A stretch of DNA of 63,768 nucleotides, counting the filler, from Choristocarpus tenellus KU-1152 (taxonomy: Eukaryota > Protista > Phaeophyceae): NCBI GenBank assembly GCA_964200185.2. It is 6 parts of 6 records of this genome, joined end to end, with 100 filler letters (N's around TTAATTAATTAA, not from the genome) between each part and the next. Parts side by side here need not be neighbours in the genome. Positions count along the whole stretch, not along the records: positions 1 to 26,298 come from CAXNAD020000169.1; 5 more parts are not named here. One strand, written 5' to 3'. Numbering within the stretch: the first letter of the stretch is position 1; each line of letters begins with the position of its first letter. Below are positions 12,462 through 24,247 of the stretch, piece after piece. Position numbers and translations under genes: made by a program. A model generated the notes under the pieces. That model did not search any database and was not told where the DNA came from. It worked only from the letters and a program-made list of their open reading frames with translations.

Positions 12462-15400
12462 TCAGGCCACATCTACCCCTGCTTCTGCAGCCAGGGTTTC
12501 TGTCAGCTCTGCCAGGGCGCACACCATATTTTCTGCCTCTACTCCTTTCACTCTTCCCCTGCCGTACCCTGCACCTCCTCGGTGCTTGAGAAGATATCCC
12601 AACCCCCTAGTTGCTAGCCGCTTCTGTTCTGCACTCAGACCCTCAGAAACCCAATGTTTGGGCCTCTCTTCATCCTGTTCATGCTCCGGCTTCTGGTATG
12701 TTTCCTTGCTGTCAGGCTCGAACTTCTCAGGCGCATTCCCAAGTCCCATGTCCCTAATTATGCCACCAACTGATTGCATACCTTCGGTGGGGCGATCAAC
12801 AACATCTGGGCTGATACAATCGCCTTCGGCATCATCCATATTCTCAAGGTCAGAATTTTTCCCTATGGTGTCAGAAGGCTGCTCTCCACCACCCTCCGCC
12901 TCCAAACTGATTGCCTTGAGAGAGTCAGTCAGAAGGTTGCGCAAGGTCACAAGGTCGTTACCAGTCAAGGAGCCGTGGATGTGGGCCCTCAAAAGTGCAC
13001 TGCAGCGGCGAAGTACATCCTTTGAGTCTCCTTCTGGAATAGCCTGACGATACACAGTCTCTGGTTTTGGTGCAACTGGGGGTGGTACTGCTGCTGTCAC
13101 TTCCGGGACAGTAGTGCGAGGGATGGGGGGAGTGAACTCTGTTGTTTGGATGCCTGCCCCCCTTGCTTCAGTACGCAGGGCTTCCCTTGCATCAACAAGT
13201 GCCCTACGGAGCTCAGCAACCTTTTCCTGGCCAATCAGGTTACCAGATTGGCGCTCTGAAAGCAGGTTCATTACGGATGTCACCTGCCAGTGGGAGACAA
13301 AGGCAAACCACATGCAGCGACAACAAAGCTCAGAATGGTACACCTATCAGTTTTAGATTACAGAATGGGCTTGATGGTGAGTTCAAAATAAGATGGAATA
13401 CATAATCCCTTAACCAATCCTTCCGGCAGTTACATACCAAAGAACCTCTCCAGTAATCCAGACTGCCAGTCTGTCCCTCCATCTCGCCTACCAATAAACT
13501 TGCGATCCCTAAAGTGCTTGTACATGTTCTACAAGTCATCCCTGAAACCAACAAAAAATCACTTCAGTATTAATGCCCCACTCTTACCTTATCGTTGGTT
13601 ACATCTTCTGACAACTCGTCAACAGCAACACTGGGACGAACTTCCACATTGTTAGGTGTGGCTGTCATTGGAGAGGGGGGAACAGCTGCAACTCTAGGTT
13701 CCACAGTCTCTGTCACCCTACCGAATGCATCATATGCAGAATCAGTAATGGCTGGATCATTTGGTGCCTGCTGCTGGGGCTGCACCACCTCCTGTGCGGG
13801 CGAGGTAGAGGGACTACCTCTACTAGCCTTCGTAGCTGCTGCTTGTGCCAGCCTTTCCTTGTAGCCCAATGAAGCTGTAGGGAGAACCTTTGTTTGCTCC
13901 AGTTGTTGCTGCTGTTCCATGGCTGGTTTGGAATCCAGGTAGGGATTCTTCTTTATCTCAGCATTTAACCCACTAAGGCTAGCAATGTAAACATCTGACT
14001 CATTCTGCACTGTGACAGACGCCTTTGTCCTCTTCACACCCTGCTTCATAGGAACACGGGGAGCTGGTGTGGTGGGGCGAGGCTGTGGCACAGCAGGTTG
14101 TGACTGTTGCGCCAGAGGTGGTGGTGGTACAACCGCCTGGGGGTCCTGTGTGAGGTGTAAATGAGGCGAGCCATGTTGGGAAGGAGATAACAATTAGATA
14201 AAGCAAAAGAGCTCAAGAATATACACCTTGGATTGGCAAAGTTAAGGTTCTTCCAACAACAAGACTGTCCATTAGATACCCACGTTACCCTACAGATGCC
14301 ATCATCAAGCCATCTGGTATGATGCTTGATCTGCGTCACTCAAGTTGTTGACATGCAGCTGACACGGAATCATTCTCGACTCTTGTCACAACTTGTATAC
14401 TGAATTCAACGTAATAATTAAAATGCTCTACCATGTACTCTGGAGTGCTACATAGTACCCATCGATACACACATGAACAAAAAGTAGTGTAATTCTGAGA
14501 AAATAGTCCATTTCCTCCCCCATATGGACCATGGCGACCCTCGCGATGAAGGATTCCACGCCACCGTACCATCTATTGCCACAAATGACATTGTCCAAGT
14601 TTCACATTTCATCACTCATTGTACAAGCTTGTCCAACCTAGAAGTCCGAGATTTGTAACATTTCTTAAATTTGAAAAAATAAGGTCATGGACTATTTTTT
14701 GGTCCCCCTATGGAAAGGGAACTCAATAGAACGGTCAGGAGGAATAATTCCACCCACAGGAATACAGGAAAATCCCCTACCCTAAAAAAACCCGAGGAAA
14801 AGCACAATTTGGTATGCTCGTAAACACAAGGCATGAGATGTATGGCACACCACAGCTAAGGTACACGTGTTGGTCACGATATGGTCTCATAGAGCTCTCA
14901 ATTAAAGCCCCCAAACATACTTCTCCCCCCCCCCAAATATCTACGTACGGTACAGAAAATTACCTTAATGAGTGGAATGGACTTAGTAACTGCCCATGTA
15001 CACTAGTGGTTGGGTGTTACGATGGTGACGTATTACAGAGAATACCTTGGATAAGGCACAGGACAGTGGCACATCTGTAAAACAAAAGGCACAATCACGA
15101 AATATTAACTACAGTGTAAGGCGGTGGCTCCACTGTGAAGATCTTCCTCATACTGCACAACACTGCATAACTGAAATAACTTCATCAGTATGGCTGTAAG
15201 GGGATATACACTGGGCACACTCCATTCCCTGTGTCTACGTAGGTTTGTGTTCCCATTTCCATCTCTTCAACCTTGAAGCAATTGTTCAGAAAAGATGCAC
15301 AGCTATTTCAGCAACATTTGTATTTTTGGGATGATGCAATACACAAAACTGTTGGCATTAACAATGTAGCGGTTGAGGAGGGTTGGACCATCAATTTGAC

Positions 15401-16789
15401 TCACTCAAGGATTCTCAGGTTGCAAATGGCCAGGGATGCCAGATCACTAACAGGGAGCAGGCGTTGGTTAAATGTAAGCATGTCCTTCAGGAAGACAAGC
15501 CCTATAAAAATCACATCTTCTCCAACTCAAGTTCACATCCACCTGAAGGTCAGCAGGATCAGGTTCCATCTCTGTCTGTGGCAATCCTCGAAGATCTCTT
15601 TGCTTCTGGATTTTCATTTTTTTTGATTGCTGCTTGAGGGAGTTCATATAGTCATCAGCCGCAGGGGAGCTGGGTACGTATCCGCTTCCCCTTATCCAAT
15701 AAAATCGAATGACATACATTGAGGGGCAATATTCGGGTGAGATAGCTGTTAGATTGGAGTCGAAATATATCAAAAGAACAAGGAGGGTATATATCTCAAA
15801 ACTCAACATCATTGTCTCTTACTTCGATTCTGCCTGGGCACGGGTGATCGCTCTCTGCATTTGCAACTCTCGACCAGTTAAATGATCTGCATCGAGGTCG
15901 ATCCCCTGCGCGCTCGACATGAGTTTCTGCTGTCGTTCCACAGCAGCCCTCATCGCAGTCTCCTTTTCATCCCTGGTATATCTTTTCACAGGAGGTCGTG
16001 GAGCCCTTGACTCAGGTGGACCATGCTCAGCCTCCCACTCTTGCCTGTCCTTAGCGATTTGAGCCTGACTCATCATCTGTGCAAAACGCCCGCTACCATG
16101 CTCCCCTTGTCCCATAGGAGGCATTTGAAGGCCAGGCATTTCTTGCCTCAGAGGAGGATCAGGTACGTGGGGAGAACCCACCGATTGCTCATCGTGGGCA
16201 TTCTTATCCCGCTGCTGGGTAGGAGAATCGGGCCGACCAGCCCGATTTGACATAGCAAGCAAATGTTGAAACCTCGTTCCACCAGAGGAGACCTCCCCCT
16301 GGTATGGTGGCGGAGGAGTGGCCTGCACCTCACTAAACATCTAGGGATGGGCCGAGGTCTAGGGTGAATGTAATGGTAAAAAAAACTGACGTAGAATGAG
16401 CACAGGGAGGGACTTGGTCAAGTTGGGACAACGCGAACCAATGCTGATCGTTTCCAAACATTTTGTAGGTACCTCATACATACCTGATCTTCAACTCTTG
16501 AGTCTTTATCCATGTACTCATCAGCAGGTTGTGCATATGGGTCATCATACGAATCATCGTACGATGCACCCCCGACGCTCATGCGTACGCTGGAAGGGTC
16601 ACCAATGTGGCGATAGCCTCGACGAGAGTCAAGAGAGGAGAGATGGACGGTTGGGGTCCTGAAAATGATGGAGTTGTGACCAACGACAGATATTCCACTG
16701 AACGCATGGGTTCCACCAAAACACACCAGCATCATCACAGGTAAGAGAACAGGCGTGATACCTAGTCTGAACATCTTTCCCCTCATCAT
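12462..16789 (-). CDS. Uncharacterised plastid-targeted, largely disordered protein (5 exons: ~16789-16484, 16340-15823, ~15690-15543, ~14146-13588, ~13283-12462)
   Basis: Signal peptide ending THA|FSG (ASAFAP-like cleavage) followed by a Ser/Arg-rich transit peptide. In-phase GT-AG introns. Pro/Gln/Glu-rich body with C-terminal LGYLLKHRGGAGYGRGRVKG motif. Confidence 0.8.
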
Positions 16790-17021
16790 TGACTAGACGA
16801 GAGTGGGGTTCAGAACCTCAAGTTATTTATGTTGTATATTATGGGGCAGTGGATTCAACACTGAAATCGGAGGGATTTATACCAAGTTGTGTAAATTGAT
16901 ACTGCCTTTCACCATCTTGGACAGAAAGAAAATTGGGAGGTATGTACTCCGTTCGTCATACTATCTCATCCTGTCCCATTTAACCTTTCCTCGCTGTCAA
17001 GCACACTCGCGAAGAACTTCA

Positions 17022-20000
17022 ATGGGAGTACAAGTAGATGCAGAAGGTTCGAGATCTATTGGAGAACTACGCAAAACACTGGACCTTTTTAAAAGCGCCC
17101 CTAACCTCACTTGCCACGACCACGCTTTACACCATGCAACGGTCTCCGTAGCCTCGGCGCTTCGACGAGACCTCAGCGAATCTAATACATCAGAATCATG
17201 CTCTGCATTGCTTCAAACCATATGCACGCATCTTCTCAGAGAGAGTTATAACGATGACGGTGAGGATCTGCACAACACTGGCACATTTCAACATTCTTCC
17301 TTGCGCTCAACTTGTATTTGTAGTGCTTGGCCTTAAGTGGATGAACAGTCTCAGGAATTGTTTAGTCGCCAATCGCGAAATAAGCTGCCGCTCGTACTTC
17401 AAAAGTGGCAGGAAGCGCCGCCGGAAGTGCTTTGCTGTGTGCTCTGTCGTGGGACCTGTTTGACCTTGTAATGCCTTACGTCGAGGTATCGGAACGCTGT
17501 TCGGAGACAGAGCTTGATACTGGCGCTTCAGAATCAGTGGCAATATCTTGCAGTCATAAGTTACTGGTCGAAATGGCTGATGTTTGCAGTCCGCGGGAGC
17601 TTCACTTGATGGCCATGGCTCATGTTTCCGCGTCTCCCAAAGGAAGGTGAGGTTTCATTGTCAGAAAGTCTCACAATATTGACCGCGTACTTCACTTAAT
17701 TTCACGCGTGGGATTATATTGCACGTTTGAAACTCGTTTGACAAATTTATATCCGAGCACTTAGAGTGATGCGATACAATGAATCATTTTCCACCTAGAA
17801 AAGGACAAGTTCGAAATGGAGATTGTTGTACCCTGTATATTTGATCGCTCAATCCAGTTGACAAATGGTTAAATCGAAACTGATAAAAGATCTGCCTAGG
17901 TGTGCACCAGACATTCTCATCCTATTTCCACTTGGGCAGAAGGGGTACAATTGTCAAAACGAGTGCCTGATGGGGTGTCTATTCCCTGTTGAAAACGTTT
18001 CTTTGTCAGGAAACTGCATGTGCTGCTGATGGTACTGAGAAGGGACATGCAGCGCCTCCCCCCCTTACAAAGGAAAAAGTTTCTGGTTGCCACTCTTGAA
18101 CCAGTCAGTATCAAGCTATCAAACTTGGCAAAAAACAGCAAGGTTTCTTCAGGAGAGGGCAGAGAAGACACTGGAGAAAGCAGTGATGAGGACTCCAATG
18201 AGGTCTCAGTTTCAGCTGAGGCAGGAAAACCAATGAGCCCATCGGCCAATTGTTTGGTTGAGAAGCACAAATGCTCATCTCCTGGTGACCCTGCGTTTGC
18301 AACTGCAGAATCGACAGCATTTGCTGGACCTCTTTTACTCCAGGCGTTGAATGAGAAATTGGTCGCTACCTGGGAGGATTCTGCAGCAGTCAATCAATGT
18401 GTGGCTGCATTCATGGGATTTTTGCTCTCTGCTCTGAGACTTGCTGTGGATGCAGCTGCCCCTACTCGTGAAGAATGCAATGGAAACATTGAAGGTGTTG
18501 AGGTATTGGTGGAGTTTCTTTTAGGAAGCCCAGCAGTGGACTTGCAGTACGTGCTTGAGCAGAGTATCCGGTCTTTGTACAAGACCTGGGAGGATCGTAT
18601 GTTGGAAGGAAACATGGGCCGTTCACCACAACATGGTTGCCGGAGATCAAAGCTAGGTGACTTTACAGTTACAGGACCACTGTCGTGGTCACTTGATAGT
18701 GTGGCTTCATTAGCATATGTGGTGAGTTATCTGGGCATGGTTATATTGATTCTACACTACATAGATGACTGATTGGCAGTAGGCAGGGTTTTCTAGTTGT
18801 AAGATGTTGATTTGGTCCTGCATCAGACTCTCACTTACACCCTTTAATTCACTCTTTTCATCCAGAGAGTATGCGTATGGCCACTAATGCCTCCTCCTCT
18901 GTTCCCCATCCTTCCCCATCATCATTATTTTTTGGTAGGTTGCCTGCAAGCCTGTTTTGCGCAGGAAGTGGCTGCCGTCGGTTTGGTCCCCAACCATGTA
19001 CCATAGGATGATGATCCCCCATGCATTGGTGAGCGTTCAAATTGCATACAGGCTGTTGCGTGCCTTGCAGATTTGAGGGAATATGCTTTGCAAAGTGTCA
19101 ATACTCATTATAGATTTTCTTGTTTGTGAGTTCACTCAGACTTTGTTACGTGCGCGCTCTGAGGGCTCCACCAGCAAGGGACTGGAGCTGATATGTGAAG
19201 TTGGAAATAATCTGGGATCAGCAACTGACTCTGGTGATCCCTCTACCTTCAGCTGGAGGCAAGGGGCTACGACAAGCAATGGTTGTGATGAAGGGGTCAC
19301 TGTGATGGGTAGTATGCAGGTCTGGCCTTGTGTACTCGAACTGCATCTCGCCAGATTTTGAGTTACTTTATTATTTTCTTTTACCCTGCATGGTAATCCT
19401 GTTGATATACTTTGAGGTTTGATTTCTACTCCCTACATTACACTTCTAGTGCTCAGGTTAGCAGGTTCAGAGATGGTGGTTTTGGCTTTCAAATCTAATT
19501 AAAGTTAACACATGGTGATCCATTTCAGAATCATTGATCAACTCTTGTGCAAAGCAGTGTGACCTACAGCGTATAGATTATGTGGTAAGTTGAGATGAGG
19601 GACATCATGTCGTCAACAGCATTCTACACTTTCCTTACAGTTGTTACCTGATGCGGAGTGCCACACCTATCCTTTCATCGCACCTCCCCAAAATGTGACA
19701 CATAGGGGAAGTACCTCATATGGTTCCTCCCTTTATTACTTCATTGTGTTGTTGATACCATCAAGCCTCAGTCGCTTACCTTTATCAAGCCCCCAATCCC
19801 ATGCCTGAAATGGCTCTCACTTCTTCTGTTTGTAAGAAGTTATTTCAGAATATTGGAGGTAGCTCATGACCAATGTAGTAGTGATCTTTATTTAATTAAT
19901 GGTGCTAGATTTTCACACTTCTCTTTTTTTTTTTCACAGTGATGCAACAAGGTTTGGTAGGTACGCAAATTCAAAGATTTAGTATTCAGAGTTTTGTTGA

Positions 20001-21232
20001 CTCCATCAGTTTGTTCCTGAAAATCTCACTAAACCTACCGATGCACCAACATTACAGACTACTTTGGATATCAACCAGTCTGTTTCATGATCGATTCCCA
20101 GTGGTTAAATCAATGTAAAATGTGGAGGAAAAGGGGGACATGATGCAAATTACCTTGCAATGTCCACTGCCTTTCCACCCTCAACGCCTGAACAGGAGCA
20201 AAGTGACGGAGATGGCAAAGATAAAAGACCCTGTCCCTTTGTTGCTCACAGTTTCGACCTTGCAGAGCTTCTACAGCTGCTCATTAGTGCCATGATCTCC
20301 TGCCCGCACCCTGAGTTGCGATCACGGGGACGCAGCACTTTTGAGACCTTTCTCACTCACACTGATATGGAGAGCCGGTTCTTCCTTCTGCAGCACCTCA
20401 TTGGGACTTGTCCTTGGCCCAATGCCACGGGGTTACTTCTTGATTCGATTCGCAAACAGATTCACCTGGCCCTTGGACCTTTACCACCACTGTGTGATGT
20501 GAAGGAAATTGCTACGAGCAGGAGTGCAATGATGAGGACTGCTGACCTAGGAGGCAAGGCAGCACTACCTGACACTTGTTTAGGAAGACCTGCAGTCACC
20601 ACAAAGAAGGCACCTGAGGCAGTGGATAAAAGGGCATCTAGGCAAGCCAAAGTGTCACCTTTTTCATCTGCGCCGGTGGGGGAACTTATCTGCGATCAAA
20701 TTAAGCGATTATGCAGTGGTAAATCCTCAGAACTTCTTGACAACCTGGACATGCACATGGGGGCCCTTGCCCTTGTCCGCTATGCGTACATGCTAGACAA
20801 GGTGCATAGCGGGCCGCTTGGGCTTTGGATCCCGACAATTTTAGAGGAGAACAAAAACCAACTCCAGGTGAGGTGCTGAAGTAAAAATAGACTTAAACGT
20901 GAAGGGCGATGTGCGGGTTTAATTGAAAGTCTGGATGTTTGGATATATTGTATTTTTTTTGCTATCCAGGATTACAAGAAGGGGGGAGGGTAATATTGAA
21001 TACTTTTCTCCTCTGTCCGATGCATTCTTTATGGCAGGATTTTTCAGACAGTCTTCAGGTCATCATGCACTTCCCTTCCAATAAAGTGGATACCAAGTCA
21101 GCTGGGTCTGCACAAGACCATCATCCAGCATCTACAACCAATTCTTCAGAATATTTGCATCAAAGCACTTTCTTGCTATACTTGGTTAAGGATGCAGTTG
21201 ACCAGTGCCTAAATACAATGTCACAACATTGA
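17022..21232 (+). CDS. GLMN: Glomulin/ALF4/Ybp1-family helical protein (7 exons)
   Basis: Family motifs recalled from glomulin: ALSWDL..LAD/ADVCSPRELHL, WLPSVWSP, SKGLEL, LISAMISCPHPELRSRG..SRFFLL..GLLLDSIRKQI, ELLDNLDMHMGALALVRY. Six in-phase GT-AG introns. Confidence 0.8.
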
Positions 21233-21464
21233 AAGGCAAGTATGCCTTTTGTGACTTGATTTTTTTCATTCCTTGGTCACAGGTGGCAGTAAAGAGCATC
21301 AAAGTGGATTCGAAATGTTCAGGGTGTTGCATATTTTTCATATAATGTGAAATATATATATATTGTGTGTGTGCGTTTGAGTAGTGGGTACTTCTTTGAC
21401 ACAAATGGTTTACTCCTATCTCTTCACCATAATCTACAGAATTGAACATGAAGTGCATTGCACT

Positions 21465-21645
21465 GACTCAAAGTATCTGGGGGTGGTGGTGGGGTCTACA
21501 CCAGGGTGTCTATTCGGGCCGTGATCAGGAAAAGTGCACTTACATTATCCATCTGACGCATGCAACCAAATCACCCAAAAATTGCAACATGTAAAAATGG
21601 GCCCCAAATGGACAGTTGGGCCCCCCTCCCAGATACTTTTGAGTC
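21465..21645. mobile_element. MITE family B, complete 181-bp copy
   Basis: TIRs GACTCAAAGTATCTGGG ... CCCAGATACTTTTGAGTC, flanks act/att. Shares aaaattgcaacat and gccccaaatggac with MITE family A. Confidence 0.75.
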
Positions 21646-22059
21646 ATTTTTTTAGTAGGCTTCTACAGATTCTTTTTTAAACTACAACATTAAAGGATTG
21701 TTTTTATATCACACACATCTTACCCTGGGCTGACACAAACACCAGATCCTGCCTCTGGGTGCAGAGCTCAATAGAGAGGAAGTGGTTGAAGGCTGCTGTG
21801 GGTGGGCTAGGAGATGCACAGACCAGGGTTGGGACACATTTACGCAGCACTGGTTGACCTCAACTAGCCAAGGGAGTACAGGAGTGTGCCGGGAATCTGA
21901 AGAATAGTGTAGTAATAACAATAAGCCCACGAATCACTCTGAAATACTGTTATTCAGTGGAACCATACCGCTAGTTGATGTAGAAGTACACATATGTTGC
22001 GGGGTGAATTCCTGGACATGTGCACTGGGGATGGGGTGTGTCTACTAATATCACTACTA

Positions 22060-22280
22060 CCTCTTGGAAAGGGTGCAACGAGTCAATGCCATTTGTCACT
22101 GTGTCAGAGAAAAAGCGAGAGGGCAAGAAATGATTCATCCATTCATCACTGTGGGTTAGACGTGTACACACACCAAATTAAGGATGGCACAATATCATGT
22201 ACTTTGGAGTACATCCTATTTCTCCCAATACGATAGCAACAAAGATACATATTGTGAAGCATCTGGCTTATGGAAGTATT
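22060..22280 (+). pseudogene. Possible decayed Ty1/copia RNase H remnant
   Basis: Broken translation ...DVY.HQIKDGTI..LEYI....QQ..DI.VKHL loosely resembles the copia HIDIRYHF.RE.V..G.I.LEYI...Q.AD..TK.L terminus; frameshifts are needed. Confidence 0.25.
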
Positions 22281-24247
22281 GTGAATTGAAGTGATTTGCT
22301 TCAGTGGTACTCTACTACATAAAAATTCCAATATTAAAATTAATAGCAAGCTACTTCGATATTTCTTCAAGCAGTAGCAGCCCACACATGACGGACTAAC
22401 TACGTTTACAAGAACATTTTCTATCATGGTTACGAGCGTGCAAGGAGACTTTGGGGATTCAGACATCTGCCGGGTATTGCCTCCGATATGTAGAGTACGA
22501 CAATGAAGATAAATAGGAGGATGGAAACAAGAAGGGTGAGTCAATTCAATTCAGGTTCAGCTCATGGACCGGCATATGGAAGTCAAACAAGTCTAAAGTC
22601 TGGACTACAGGAAAAAATCACATTGTAAGCTAACTGTCTGCACCACAGTTTGTAACAGAATTTCGTTGGACTACAGGTAGAAGGAAGGAAGGATATTTTC
22701 AAATATTTAACATTTCGTGTCTCATGATAGGTACTACTCTTGAATTAGTACCTTCTCCTTGCACTTTAGGCATCCTAGAAACTTTAATTCAATTTCCTGA
22801 CACAAATATGTGGACAGAGCTACTACATATCAAATGCACCAACTGCACTGTGCATGCCTATCTGCACTATATGCGTGTGTGCCTTATTTCTCGTACATTG
22901 GGTGCAACACCCCTACTTTTCACAAGACACTTGTCACAATATTTCCATATAGTTATTTGAAGTGATACATACCTTTGCAGGAGTACTGGTTGGGACTACT
23001 GCACTCTGAGGAAGGTCTGAATATAATGTATGTTACTGATGATGTATAAAATAGGAGAAAAATCCAGGTTGAAGCCTACATAATCCCTAACCCTATCCCC
23101 AACCCTCTCAGTCTGGCATGGTGCTTGAATTGAGTGGTGTTCTACACATTGCAAGACTACTATAGGTATATGGTGTAACCTCACCTTGCTTGTAACCGCC
23201 ACGCCCAATTTATTTTGCCTGATCTCTTGAATTTATTCTTCTTGTTTCTTGTTGACGCCAGAAGTTGGTGTAAGCGCTCCCATGTTACTAATACTTGTAT
23301 TTCAATTTTTTTGGTCATCCACGGAATTCTCTACGTTTTTCCTTATGTTCAATGGTTAGAAATATTTCGTCCATTAATATGTTTTTCGAGGATTGTGTTA
23401 CTGCCACCATCCCCCTTCACTCTCTCGGTACAATTGAAACGGTGAGCTTTCCTATGGTAATGAATAGTTGCGTTAGTGCTCAGCAGGGAACTTTTGCTAA
23501 TTGTTCAAGGGTCCGACAAACAAGTTTAGACTACTACTATTTGTTGTATGATCGTGATTGATAGATGGTGTCTGCTGAGACTGTATACGAGTTTCACACC
23601 AATTTGCGCCAATTTTCCCATAACTGGGCCCCTGTGAACTATGCAAAACCTGCATTATCAATTCATTGTGAGTTGTTTGGCATTTGTATGGTTGGTTGTA
23701 GGCCTACCTAAATCTGGTTAGGATTGAAGAAAAAGTTGAGGTAGATGCCCCTTAGATGGAAGTCATTTAGATGGGTGGCATTGTGCTTGGTGACATGAGT
23801 GTGGGACTGGGTAGGGCATACAGCAGCAGCAGTCACTGATAAAAAATAGCAAAGGAGATGAACGAGTACGTACAACCCTTGATGTCATGTTTGTACATGT
23901 TACATTAATACTTCAATATATCTCTTCTCACGATCATTTATGTAATCCATCCTGTGGAACAATTTTCTTGCAGGATCACAAATCGCCATTCAAAAGAGAT
24001 ACTATAATTCACTTCCATCTCCCGTGTGGATTCAAGCGGCTTTTCAGTCGTAAATCTATTTGAGAGTAAAAACAAGTCATTGTATTCTATCATTGCCAGA
24101 TGCTCCTATATCCGAGAACTACTTCTCGCTCACACTAAATTTTAAATCTACCCATGAAACCTTTCCCTATGTGATTAAAATCGGTTTCCTACCACTGAGG
24201 GCCCATTTTTGCAACGTGGTATGCGCACTCGCTTTTCGGAGTCTGGT

